This document shows positions 27,596 through 36,579 of a stretch of 64,000 nt of DNA, piece after piece (the first letter of the stretch is position 1; each line of letters starts with the position of its first letter). The position numbers and the translations under genes were made by a program. Origin of the DNA: Candidatus Magasanikiibacteriota bacterium (GTDB lineage: Bacteria; Patescibacteriota; Patescibacteriia; Magasanikbacterales; GWA2-37-8); assembly GCA_963802255.1 (NCBI GenBank), contig CAWDHY010000001.1, positions 299,842-363,841 on the forward strand. Direction: 5' to 3'. The notes under the pieces were generated by a model. The model worked only from the letters and a program-made list of their open reading frames with translations, did not search any database and was not told the DNA's origin.

Positions 27596-28495
27596 ATGTG
27601 GCTTCCGGTTGCACTAATAGGGTATGCGATAAATAGCGCGGTAAACATACTTGATAAGTATGTTTTAGACAAGGCTGTCGGCAAGCCGGTTGTCTTCACG
27701 TTTCTGACTTGCATACCGGCAGCATTGATATTTTTTCTTTTGCCGTGGTCCGGTTTTCTTGCCACTCAAACCGATTATTTGGTAGCTTTAATGGCCGGCG
27801 TTGCCATGGTGCTTGGTCTGTGGGCGTCATATATCGGAATCCAAAAAAGTGAAATCAGTCATATCGGTCCGCTTATCGGAGCGACCGTACCGGTATTTAT
27901 TTTCTTATGGGGCCGGTTATTTCTTGGGGAGACTTACCAGCCCGTGCAAATATTTGCAATAATTTTATTAGTTTGCGGATCGCTGATTATCGCCGGGGAA
28001 AAAAGTTCTTTGCATCGTGGTTTGCATTCTGGTATTGCCTGGGCAATTCTCGGCGGATTTTTATGGTCAATATTTGGCGCTTCATCAAAATATTTGTATT
28101 TACACAACGATTTTTTTAGCGGTTTTGTCTGGAGTCAGGGTGTTGCCGGTCTTGCCGGGCTTTTGCTTATTTTTATTCCCGCAGTCCGTTATGGATTGAA
28201 AAAATCAAAAAATCCATCGGATAGTAGCGTGCGCGGTAAAAAACTGACTATCGTTGTGGTGGACAAAGTGCTCGGTGTTGTCGGTCTGACGCTGGTTCAA
28301 TATGCGGTCGCGCTCGGAAGCGCTACGCTGGTATATGCTTTGGCCGGAGTACAGTATGCTATTCTTGTAATTGCTGTTGCGGTATTAAGCAGATTTCATT
28401 CAAAACTTTATCGTGAAAGTTATGATAAGGGAGAATTACGCCGGGAAATAATTGCCGTATTATTTATAGCCGGCGGTCTTGCTTTATTAGTATAA
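27596..28495 (+). CDS. DMT/EamA-like 10-TM membrane transporter
   Basis: Polytopic hydrophobic profile with two similar halves. No specific substrate motif. Confidence 0.55.
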   Translation: MWLPVALIGYAINSAVNILDKYVLDKAVGKPVVFTFLTCIPAALIFFLLPWSGFLATQTDYLVALMAGVAMVLGLWASYIGIQKSEISHIGPLIGATVPVFIFLWGRLFLGETYQPVQIFAIILLVCGSLIIAGEKSSLHRGLHSGIAWAILGGFLWSIFGASSKYLYLHNDFFSGFVWSQGVAGLAGLLLIFIPAVRYGLKKSKNPSDSSVRGKKLTIVVVDKVLGVVGLTLVQYAVALGSATLVYALAGVQYAILVIAVAVLSRFHSKLYRESYDKGELRREIIAVLFIAGGLALLV

Positions 28496-28499
28496 AATT

Positions 28500-29498
28500 A
28501 TGTTGCGTAAGAAAAAAATAATAATTATCATAGCCATTATTTTAGCAATTACTTTTGTGGTTATTATGTGTCATAATATTTCTAAAAAAAGAAATTTGGA
28601 TCAGATATATGGAGCCAGTTTTAACGCGGAATACGCCACATACCTTGAGCTTGACCCGCTTACCGTTTTTACATCAATGATTGACGACCTTGGTTTCCGA
28701 TATCTGAGAATTTCTGCGCAGTGGGAAGAAATTGAAAAGTCGCCCGGTATTTACGATTTTTCTTTTCTAAATAAACTGATGGATGAAGCGGCGAAGAAAA
28801 ACGTAAAAATTACTTTGGTGGTGGGGCAAAAAATTCCGCGCTGGCCGGAGTGTCATGCGCCAAAATGGACGGAAGGGCTGTCTGATTTGGAATACAGGGC
28901 TGCCATTAAAAGATTGATTAAAACCACTGTTGATCAATATAAAGACCATCCCGCGCTGGAAATTTGGCAGGTGGAGAATGAACCGCTTTTAAAGTTTGGC
29001 GAATGTCGTTTCTTTGGACAGGACATGCTTGCCTCAGAAATTGGCATTGTCAGACAAATTGATCCGAAACATAAAATTATGATAACCGACAGCGGCGAAT
29101 TAAGCAGCTGGAGAAATACGGCTAAAACGGGCGATTTATTCGGTACAACATTGTACCGCGTTGTTTGGAATAAGCGCTGGGGATATTTTTCTTACGATTG
29201 GATTTCTCCGCTTTTTTACCGGTTTAAGCTTTGGCTCACCGGACAAAAAAATGAAAATGCTTTTATTTCTGAATTGCAGGCTGAACCATGGATTCCGGAT
29301 CACGATTTGAATGTTTTGAGTTTGGATGAACAATATAAATCTATGAATTTGGAGCGGTTTGAAAAAAATGTGATATACGCACAGAGAATCGGTTTTCCCC
29401 GCGCGTATTTATGGGGCACAGAATGGTGGTATTGGATGAAAGAATCTAAAGGTATATCTGATTTCTTAGATTATGCCAAGACATTGAAGAAAGAGTGA
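28500..29498 (+). CDS. membrane-anchored putative glycoside hydrolase (TIM-barrel clan GH-A-like)
   Basis: N-terminal TM, then EIWQVENEPL (NEP acid/base motif typical of clan GH-A) and a later SELQAEPW. The call is weak. Confidence 0.4.
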   Translation: MLRKKKIIIIIAIILAITFVVIMCHNISKKRNLDQIYGASFNAEYATYLELDPLTVFTSMIDDLGFRYLRISAQWEEIEKSPGIYDFSFLNKLMDEAAKKNVKITLVVGQKIPRWPECHAPKWTEGLSDLEYRAAIKRLIKTTVDQYKDHPALEIWQVENEPLLKFGECRFFGQDMLASEIGIVRQIDPKHKIMITDSGELSSWRNTAKTGDLFGTTLYRVVWNKRWGYFSYDWISPLFYRFKLWLTGQKNENAFISELQAEPWIPDHDLNVLSLDEQYKSMNLERFEKNVIYAQRIGFPRAYLWGTEWWYWMKESKGISDFLDYAKTLKKE

Positions 29499-29541
29499 TG
29501 CTTGACTGTCAGCCACTTATAATGTAAGATTTTTCGGAATT

Positions 29542-29615
29542 GCACGCCTAGCTCAGCTGGTTAGAGCACCTCGTTTACACCGAGGGGGTCAGGGGTTCGA
29601 ATCCCTTGGCGTGCA
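29542..29615 (+). tRNA. tRNA-Val (anticodon TAC)
   Basis: gcacgcc acceptor arm, agctcagctggttagagc D-arm, anticodon loop tTTACAc, T-arm ggggttcgaatccc, 3' ggcgtgc + a. No encoded CCA. Confidence 0.85.
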
Positions 29616-29746
29616 CTTAATGCGATCCAATTGTTTGGATCGCAAGTGGATTCGAACGCCGGAGCGATGTTTGGCGAGTTAGAGGACGAGCCAAACCGCG
29701 AGGCGGTGGCCAGGCAAAATTTTTGGAAGAAAATTTTAGCCGAGGC

Positions 29747-29765
29747 CGAATCCCTTGGCGTGCAC
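29747..29765 (+). repeat. 19-bp exact direct copy of the tRNA-Val 3' end (cgaatcccttggcgtgcac)
   Basis: Identical to 29598-29616 inside the tRNA. A 130-bp spacer between them contains the 9-bp-stem hairpin gcgatccaattgtttggatcgc (29622-29643). Confidence 0.7.
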
Positions 29766-29767
29766 AT

Positions 29768-30961
29768 ATGACTTCTTGGTTCCAAGACGCGATTATTTAT
29801 CAAATTTTTATTGACCGGTTCTCCAGAGGCAAGCTTGAAGACGAGAAACCGTCAAAATGCAAGGCTCTGTCTTTTTGTGGCGGAAATCTCATCGGTGTTA
29901 TTGAGCGTCTTGATTATTTGAAAGACCTTGGCATTAACACTATTTGGCTTAGTCCGTTCAATGCGACAAGCGAATATCACGGTTATCACATTACCGATTT
30001 TTTTGCTATTGATCACCGTTTTGGCTCTTTATTGATATTAAAAAAATTAATTGATGAGGCGCATAGAAGGAGTATTAAAATTTTAATGGATTTTGTGCCA
30101 AACCACATGTCAAGCTTTCATCCGTATTTTTTGGACGCTCAGAAAAACAAGGATAGTCAATATAGAAATTGGTTTCATTTTACTAAATGGCCGGATCAAT
30201 ACCTGTGTTTTTTAAAAGTTCGTGAATTGCCTAAAATAAATTTGGATTTTGAGCCGGCAAGAGATCACATCGTCAATTCCGCAAAATATTGGTTAAGCCA
30301 AGGAATAGACGGTTTCAGATTGGATCATGTTGTCGGCCCAAAGCATTTGTTTTGGAAATTTTTTAGAAGTGAAATCAAGAAAGAATATCCCGAAGCGGTT
30401 CTGATTGGAGAAGCTTGGATTTCCGGTGTGAAATTTACGGACCTCAAAACAATTCAGATAAAAGGAAAATTTACTAAATGGTTATCCGGGTCAATTTCTG
30501 ATGCTTTGTTAAAGGAATATATTGGTGAGTTGGATGGTGTGCTTGATTTTGAATTTCAGAAATTAATGAAACAGTATATTGCCAAGCCGTCGTTTTTTCG
30601 GCCACGCTGGTTACTCCAATGGAAACTAAAGCGTCATTACAAAAAATATCCAGCTGACTATTTTTTGCCTACATTTTTGGATAATCATGACATGAACAGG
30701 TTTCTTTTTGAAACAGGCCAAGATAAAAATAAACTGAAGGAAGCTACCAAGATACAGTTTGCGCAAAAACAGCCACCCATTATTTATTATGGAACCGAAG
30801 TAGGTCTAACACAACAATTCGACGTATCTTCACTTAAGGAACATGGTGATATCATGGCTCGCGCAATGATGAATTGGAGCGAATATGAACAAGATAATGA
30901 GTTATATTTATTTTATAAAGAACTCATACTACAAAGGCGGTCGCAAAGAATAAAGAACTAG
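29768..30961 (+). CDS. alpha-amylase family (GH13) glycoside hydrolase
   Basis: IYQIFIDRFS, GGNLIGVIERLDYLKDLGINTIWLSPF, DFVPNHMS, GFRLDHV (nucleophile Asp), IGEAW (acid/base). The ORF is open from a TTG at 29723; the ATG at 29768 is preferred. Confidence 0.85.
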   Translation: MTSWFQDAIIYQIFIDRFSRGKLEDEKPSKCKALSFCGGNLIGVIERLDYLKDLGINTIWLSPFNATSEYHGYHITDFFAIDHRFGSLLILKKLIDEAHRRSIKILMDFVPNHMSSFHPYFLDAQKNKDSQYRNWFHFTKWPDQYLCFLKVRELPKINLDFEPARDHIVNSAKYWLSQGIDGFRLDHVVGPKHLFWKFFRSEIKKEYPEAVLIGEAWISGVKFTDLKTIQIKGKFTKWLSGSISDALLKEYIGELDGVLDFEFQKLMKQYIAKPSFFRPRWLLQWKLKRHYKKYPADYFLPTFLDNHDMNRFLFETGQDKNKLKEATKIQFAQKQPPIIYYGTEVGLTQQFDVSSLKEHGDIMARAMMNWSEYEQDNELYLFYKELILQRRSQRIKN

Positions 30962-31086
30962 CCGATAAAAATTAACACTCAATATTCACCTCACGGGCTT
31001 GACAAAGGGCCTTTTTTGTGTTAATCTTGCTAGTTAAAATTTTATTTCTTTAACTGTTCTTTAAAAATCATGAAAAAGGAGGTTGA

Positions 31087-31959
31087 ATGACTGCGTTAAC
31101 AGTTATAACCCGGTCTTTTCAGGCCGGAACAGGTGGACAAGGAAAGAATTTCGATCCGGTTCTGTTTGCCAACAAGGTGGCGCGTCCGCTCAGAAACATC
31201 TTGCGGTTTTCCGAAGTGGTCCGGGCGGTTGTCGTCGTGACTAATGGGGACCCCAAAAGTCCTATGGCTGAGAATGCGGAAGACGGAGTGACGCCGACCA
31301 TAGCGGCACTTAGGGAAACATTCCCCAATGAAATCACTGGCGGTTCTCTCATCCCGCTGACTTGCGAGAATTGGGGTAGAAACCCCGGTAGCGGAAATGC
31401 CCTTAACGACGGCATTCGTATCGCCGAGGAGCGTTATCCCGGCAATTTTGTGATGATGTGGTCGCCGGAAATCGATGTGGATGGATTCTCAATATCTCAG
31501 GCGCTCAATTTCATCGAGCGTAGGAATCTGGCAGTAGCCGGATTTCTCCGTGAACGCTGGTGGGAAAGACCGCAATGGAACGTCGTTCAGAATACCGCCG
31601 CCATTTGGAATTCAGAAGTCCTTCTTGGCGTGGGTGGCTTCGCCCCGGAATGCAATGGCATCGGCAGGACCGTTAGAACCGAGGAATTTGGCGAGGTTCC
31701 GCTGGCCGGTATGGAGGATTTCCACGCCTGCTTAAGAATCATGAAAGCCAATGGCAATTTCCGTTGGGGGATGATTGGCAGGGCTGTTCCTCTGCGCTGG
31801 GATGTTGAATTTGATCCGGGAAGCGAGAGGGAGAGAAACCACATGACCAAGGTTGCGAGACAGTTCCTGGTTATGCGGGAATATGCGCGCAATATTTTTC
31901 CTTTGATGGATTTTAGCGAGGTCATGAACCGTCTGTTTGCCCTGTATCATCAGGAATAG
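31087..31959 (+). CDS. hypothetical protein, compositionally foreign (GC ~55% against ~40% background)
   Basis: Strong RBS aaggagg 7 nt upstream. Codon usage is GC3-rich. The protein is Trp/Arg-rich (ERWWERPQWNVV). No motif recognised. Confidence 0.5.
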   Translation: MTALTVITRSFQAGTGGQGKNFDPVLFANKVARPLRNILRFSEVVRAVVVVTNGDPKSPMAENAEDGVTPTIAALRETFPNEITGGSLIPLTCENWGRNPGSGNALNDGIRIAEERYPGNFVMMWSPEIDVDGFSISQALNFIERRNLAVAGFLRERWWERPQWNVVQNTAAIWNSEVLLGVGGFAPECNGIGRTVRTEEFGEVPLAGMEDFHACLRIMKANGNFRWGMIGRAVPLRWDVEFDPGSERERNHMTKVARQFLVMREYARNIFPLMDFSEVMNRLFALYHQE

Positions 31960-31964
31960 GGCTG

Positions 31965-32032
31965 ACAGATGAAAGCACATTTTATCAGCCCCTTGCGGTA
32001 TAATTACATATCGCCGGGGGCTTTTTTTTTGA
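31965..32032 (+). terminator. hairpin(s) plus T9 tract after the GC-rich gene
   Basis: ggctgacagatgaaagcacattttatcagcc ... gccccttgcgg...ccgggggcttttttttt. Confidence 0.5.
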
Positions 32033-32134
32033 CAATTGCGGTAAATAGTTTTAGCCGCGAGAATAAAAGTATTGCTTGGTCGTACACACAATGATTTATG
32101 CAAATAATATGCTATAATATGTCCATATAAAAAT

Positions 32135-33307
32135 ATGATGAAAATAGATCAGCCGGTTGTTTTGCACAAAGGAGTATTCAAAAAAACCGCCACTACCAGT
32201 GAAGCGGTATTCATGATTACCGGAATGACCATTGGCGCCGGGATTTTGGGTTTGCCATACGTTATTGCCCGTTCAGGGCTTGTTATGGGGCTCATTTTAA
32301 TCGCCCTGTGGGGTTTGGTGATGCTTCTCCTCAATCTTATGCTTGGCGATATTGCAGTGCGTACAAAGCGCAATTTTCAGCTTCCGGGTTTTGCCGGTAA
32401 ATACCTGGGAAATTGGGCGAGACGTCTGCTTGGAGCAATTATCGTTTTCAGCGGTTTTGGTACACTGCTCGCATACATTATCGGCGAAGGGCAGACACTT
32501 GCGGAAATATTCGGCGGAACGCCTTTTTGGTGGAGCGTATTTTTTTGGTCCTTGGGAAGTTTTTTCATCTGGCAAGGTTTGCAGACAATAAAAACCATTG
32601 ACCGTGTTCTGAGTTTAACGGTCATTATTTTAATAATTGCTTTGTCAATGTTTTTATTGCCAAAAATAAATATTGAGTATGTGCAATATTCAAATTTGGC
32701 TAACTTCTTTTTACCTTTCGGTGTGATATTGTTTGCTATGCATGCAACTCCGGCCATTGCCGAAGCTCACGCGCTTTTGCCCGGGTCGGAGAAAAGATTT
32801 AAAAAGGCGATAATAATCGGTACGTTAATTCCGATCGCGGCATATTTTATTTTTGCTTTAGCCGTAGTCGGGTATTTTGGTATTACTACGACCGAGGTAG
32901 CGACGATCGGCCTTGGCCGGGCGTTTGGCCCCGGTTTGGTTATTATGGCCAATGCGTTTGCCGCGCTTGCGATGGGTACTTGTTTTATGGGAATAGGGCT
33001 GGCGTTGAAACAAACTTTTATCTGGGACCATAAAATTAGCCCTCACTTGGCGGAATTCACTGTAATCGTTGTCCCTTTACTTTTGTTTTTGTTTGGTTTC
33101 AGAAGTTTTGTGGAAGTGCTGGATGTTGTTGGCGGATTATTTATCGGATTGGAAGCTCTTTTTATTGTGTTGATTTGTTATATGGCGCGAAAAAAAGGGG
33201 ATCTGGACGGATCGCGCTATGGATTAAAGAATTTTTGGCTAGTAGCCGTTCCGGTTTTAATGTTTTTTTTAGCGGCAACAGTTTATTCGGTGATTAAGAT
33301 GTTTTAG
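32135..33307 (+). CDS. amino acid permease (Trp/Tyr-permease / amino acid transporter-like)
   Basis: About 11 TM segments. The N-terminal TATTSEAVFMITGMTIGAGILGLPYVIARSG is typical of the aromatic amino acid / HAAAP permease family. Confidence 0.6.
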   Translation: MMKIDQPVVLHKGVFKKTATTSEAVFMITGMTIGAGILGLPYVIARSGLVMGLILIALWGLVMLLLNLMLGDIAVRTKRNFQLPGFAGKYLGNWARRLLGAIIVFSGFGTLLAYIIGEGQTLAEIFGGTPFWWSVFFWSLGSFFIWQGLQTIKTIDRVLSLTVIILIIALSMFLLPKINIEYVQYSNLANFFLPFGVILFAMHATPAIAEAHALLPGSEKRFKKAIIIGTLIPIAAYFIFALAVVGYFGITTTEVATIGLGRAFGPGLVIMANAFAALAMGTCFMGIGLALKQTFIWDHKISPHLAEFTVIVVPLLLFLFGFRSFVEVLDVVGGLFIGLEALFIVLICYMARKKGDLDGSRYGLKNFWLVAVPVLMFFLAATVYSVIKMF

Positions 33308-33320
33308 AATATTTTAAAAA

Positions 33321-33347
33321 TCGACCCATTAAGTGGGTCGATTTTTT
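33321..33347. terminator. bidirectional intrinsic terminator
   Basis: atcgacccattaagtgggtcgat followed by tttttt, between convergent genes. Confidence 0.7.
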
Positions 33348-33357
33348 GTATGTTTTT

Positions 33358-35103
33358 TTAACCCTTCACTTCCGGCCTGACGTCAGAGCCACGGTCGTAA
33401 TTGGTCAGTGTGTTATCAACAGCGCCTCGTGATAAATTCAATTCTTTTCCAACAGTATCGTCTTTCGCATTGTATGAAGCACTCTTAATAAGTGTAATTT
33501 TTTTGCCGATTTGCGAAGCACTAGGATTTACCGCAACTTCAAAATATAGCCCGATATCGCCGGATGCAGGCACCAGATTATAGCTCCAGCTTACATTATT
33601 GCCGGTTTGATCATATTTAAGCTCCGGCCCGATAGTAACGCTTTGTTTTCCGGTGAACTCAACGCCGTCGGCAAGTTTCAGGTTAAATGAATTTCCGGCA
33701 ATCGCGTTTGTTCCATTGGATATTTCCACGAATATCCAATATTTTGTAATTTCCCCCACAGTAGGCGGTAATGGACCGCGACCCAATTGGTCTCCGTCGT
33801 TTGTGTAATATACAGGGTGAATATTCCAGCTTATCTGCGTTGCCAACGGTAATCTGACGGTTTCACTGCCCTCAACGATAAATTTTTGGTCAGGCACGTC
33901 GGCGAGTTCGGCTTCTGATTGAATTTTTATTTCCAGCTGTGTCAAGCCGGCGGCTTTAAAAAATGACAAAAGTTTTAAGTTAATCACAAATTCATCGGAA
34001 CTTCCGGATGACCCGTCGGCTAAAGCGGTGCGCGTTTTTTTGTCCGCGATTAAACTGTTGCCTTCCACAGTCAAATTATTTGCGTTTGCCGTTGCTTTTA
34101 AATCAACGATACCCGGCGTCGGGGTGATTCGCAGGCGGATATTTTTGAGTGAATAGGCGCTGGAATTGTTCCAATATACGCGTACCGGTAATGTATCGCC
34201 GCCATCGGCAAATGCTTTTTGTTCTAAAAGATGTACACCGCTTTTTATTTCAGGATAAAAAACTGATAATTTTCTTTCCAATGTGGCTTGTCGTATCGGT
34301 GTGTTATTGACCGTGACCAATATATCAAAACTTTCTGTGTATTCGCCCGAGTTGTCCGGCGCAATTATTACCCCGGCAATGGCTTTTGTTTCACCGGGCG
34401 CGAGATAAATATTTTTTAAAACATTTTCATCGGCAAATTTATTTTCCGCTGGAGGTACGATTGATATGTTTTGTATCGGTTGGGCGCCGTTATTTTTTAA
34501 AATAAGATTAACAGGGAGTTCGCGTCCGGGAAAAGAAGTGCTTGCCATCGTAATCTCAGCGCTGAGAATAGTGCCCGCTGGTCTGAATAAAGCGGCGCCG
34601 ATTTTTTGTTCCTTTGTTTTTGAACCTTCCGGCAAGTAACTGAGATAGGCGGTAATTTTCTCATCCATATTCGGTTCGGCAAAAATCAATCCATATATTT
34701 CCACTTGTCCGGCACCGCCCGCTTCAATTTTATCTAAATTGAATGTTGAGTTAGATGAAAAAATATCTTCCGAGGTTTTTGATCTGTCCACCACAAATCC
34801 CACAGGCAGGTGTACTCCCATGACCGCCTGATTCAAGTTCTTCTTGCTTCTGTTTTTGTAATCAATAGTTAAACGAATTTCGTCTCCGCTTTGCAGACGT
34901 TCAGTACCAAAAGAAAAAGTTAAATCAATTTCACTTGTTATGGTCGGTTTCCAGAAAAAAAAGAAAATACTCGAACAAAGCATTACAAGTGCCAGACCGA
35001 GAAGGGCTAAATCAAAAACAAACAGTTTTTTAGCGTGTTTGTAAATTCCGTGATAACGCTTGTGATAATGCGAATGTAAAAATTTATATATAGTTTTCAT
35101 CAT
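33358..35103 (-). CDS. membrane-anchored large extracytoplasmic protein (hypothetical surface protein)
   Basis: N-terminal TM LFVFDLALLGLALVMLCSSIFFFFW, then a 500-aa beta-rich region. It lies immediately downstream of the HTH gene on the same strand. Confidence 0.45.
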   Translation of the reverse strand: MMKTIYKFLHSHYHKRYHGIYKHAKKLFVFDLALLGLALVMLCSSIFFFFWKPTITSEIDLTFSFGTERLQSGDEIRLTIDYKNRSKKNLNQAVMGVHLPVGFVVDRSKTSEDIFSSNSTFNLDKIEAGGAGQVEIYGLIFAEPNMDEKITAYLSYLPEGSKTKEQKIGAALFRPAGTILSAEITMASTSFPGRELPVNLILKNNGAQPIQNISIVPPAENKFADENVLKNIYLAPGETKAIAGVIIAPDNSGEYTESFDILVTVNNTPIRQATLERKLSVFYPEIKSGVHLLEQKAFADGGDTLPVRVYWNNSSAYSLKNIRLRITPTPGIVDLKATANANNLTVEGNSLIADKKTRTALADGSSGSSDEFVINLKLLSFFKAAGLTQLEIKIQSEAELADVPDQKFIVEGSETVRLPLATQISWNIHPVYYTNDGDQLGRGPLPPTVGEITKYWIFVEISNGTNAIAGNSFNLKLADGVEFTGKQSVTIGPELKYDQTGNNVSWSYNLVPASGDIGLYFEVAVNPSASQIGKKITLIKSASYNAKDDTVGKELNLSRGAVDNTLTNYDRGSDVRPEVKG

Positions 35104-35187
35104 ATATGTATATTATATGCGCGGAAGGCAAAGAGGTCAAACAAAAAATCCGGCAAAATGCCGTTTAGCATCTGCCGGATAATTTCT

Positions 35188-35529
35188 TTATGAAACAGGG
35201 GATTGTTCGTTTATTTCACTTGTGGGAGGGTTTTGTTTAATAGTTTTTGGATTTGGGCTATACAATGGGTTTTTTATCCGCCATCTTTCAACATATTGGC
35301 CGATGCCCCGTTCAGCAAGCTTATTTCGTACAGTCGTATGTCGTTGGGACCATTTTACCAAGCTTTCAAAGTTGATTTTATAGCGCCCGGCAACAACCGC
35401 GTAGGTAATCTCTTGGTTAGCTATCGCACGGCGAACTGTCAGCGAACTAACGCCAAAAAGCTTGGCCGCTTCTGACACGGAAAGCCGGATTAATTCCTTC
35501 TGATTCTTGTTGTCAGTTTGCACAACCAT
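35188..35529 (-). CDS. excisionase-family helix-turn-helix DNA-binding protein
   Basis: LSVSEAAKLFGVSSLTVRRAIANQEITYAVVAGRYKINFESLVKW matches the Xis/MerR-type HTH_17 pattern. The ORF is open to 35571, but the first operator repeat sits there, so the ATG at 35529 is preferred. Confidence 0.65.
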   Translation of the reverse strand: MVVQTDNKNQKELIRLSVSEAAKLFGVSSLTVRRAIANQEITYAVVAGRYKINFESLVKWSQRHTTVRNKLAERGIGQYVERWRIKNPLYSPNPKTIKQNPPTSEINEQSPVS

Positions 35530-35539
35530 AATTTTTGTG

Positions 35540-35753
35540 TACGCTAGTGTATACAAATAATAGCAAATCATATGATTTTGTCAAGTCTGCTTGTCCAAAA
35601 TAGCAAAAATTTACCTAATTTTTTACTAAATTTGACCAATGTGTAGACGTTTTGTGTACGCTAGTGTATACAAACTTTAGCTAGGTGTGCGAATATTAGC
35701 CGTTATTTTCATGTCGCTTTATATTGAGTTTTGATTACGCTAGTGTATACAAA
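35540..35753. promoter_or_regulatory. three copies of a ~24-bp operator-like motif ttttgNNtacgctagtgtatacaaa (core palindrome TGTATACA)
   Basis: Exact 18-mer tacgctagtgtatacaaa at 35540-35557, 35657-35674 and 35736-35753. They lie in the divergent region between the HTH gene and the ECF sigma gene. Confidence 0.6.
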
Positions 35754-36019
35754 ATTTAGTGAATATATTAATTAGTCAGATATTTATTAATATGAGTCTG
35801 ACTTTTTTGTTTATGATAATTTGTAAAATTTTTTGTCTTTTTATCATATATATAGCTGAGTATCTATGCACAATAATTGCATTTGACATATGCTTTTTTG
35901 GTTGTTATTATTAATATCAATCTTATTCATATTCTGGCCGGTGAAACGGTCATTTTTATTAGAATAGGAGAAATGATTCAACCAACTGTAACAATATTTA
36001 ACTTTTTTCGTCTACTAAG

Positions 36020-36577
36020 ATGACAGGTAAATTAAGTGAAAAAATACTGCTTTACCGGTTACAGACGAAACAGGATCCGGAAGCATTTACAGAACTCTAC
36101 GATTTATATGTTAAACGAATATATCGGTTCGTTTTTTTTAAGGTATCCGGACATGAAGAAGCAGAAGACATCACTTCAGAGGTTTTCTTGCGCGTTTGGA
36201 ATCATATCGCAGGAAATAAGGAAGTAAAAAGTTTCAGCGGTCTTTTATATAGGGTTGCCAGAAATTGTATCATTGATCTCTATCGTTCAAGGGCTTCTCA
36301 TTCAAATCCGTTGCTACTTTCAGAATTGTCCGAGGGCATTGAACCAAGTGATATGGGAAAGTCGGCTGAAAAAATTTCTGTTTCATCCGAAGCTGAAGAA
36401 ATAATTAAAGTAATTAAAAAATTGAAACAGGAGTATCAGGAAGTACTTACGCTGAAATATGTAGATGAATTAAATATTGATGAGATCGCGGAAATTACAG
36501 GTAAGGGAAAAATCGCCGTTAGGGTGACTCTGCACCGGGCGATGAAAAAATTAAAAATAATGGTGGAAAAAAATTAA
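36020..36577 (+). CDS. RNA polymerase sigma factor, ECF (sigma-70 family group 4)
   Basis: Region 2 FTELYDLYVKRIYRFVFFKVSGHEEAEDITSEVFLRVW. Region 4 LTLKYVDELNIDEIAEITGKGKIAVRVTLHRAMKKL. Confidence 0.85.
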   Translation: MTGKLSEKILLYRLQTKQDPEAFTELYDLYVKRIYRFVFFKVSGHEEAEDITSEVFLRVWNHIAGNKEVKSFSGLLYRVARNCIIDLYRSRASHSNPLLLSELSEGIEPSDMGKSAEKISVSSEAEEIIKVIKKLKQEYQEVLTLKYVDELNIDEIAEITGKGKIAVRVTLHRAMKKLKIMVEKN

Positions 36578-36579
36578 AT

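Noticed and set aside
29647-29712. Possible - strand tRNA or pseudo-tRNA suggested by ggcgttcgaatcc (a T-arm-like segment).
   Set aside because: No D-arm, anticodon stem or acceptor pairing can be drawn. It is kept only as part of the att-like scar finding.
29561-29803. 80-aa - strand ORF overlapping tRNA-Val.
   Set aside because: It is the antisense translation of the tRNA and of the duplicated 3'-end repeat; the tRNA cloverleaf is intact.
31119-32103. Three long - strand ORFs (98-123 aa) across the GC-rich gene.
   Set aside because: Long antisense frames are expected at 55% GC; the + strand ORF has the RBS and the terminator.
35540-35753. Repeats considered as a mini CRISPR array.
   Set aside because: Only three copies with irregular spacing (117 and 79 bp), the core is palindromic, and they sit in a promoter region with no cas genes. 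An operator interpretation fits better.
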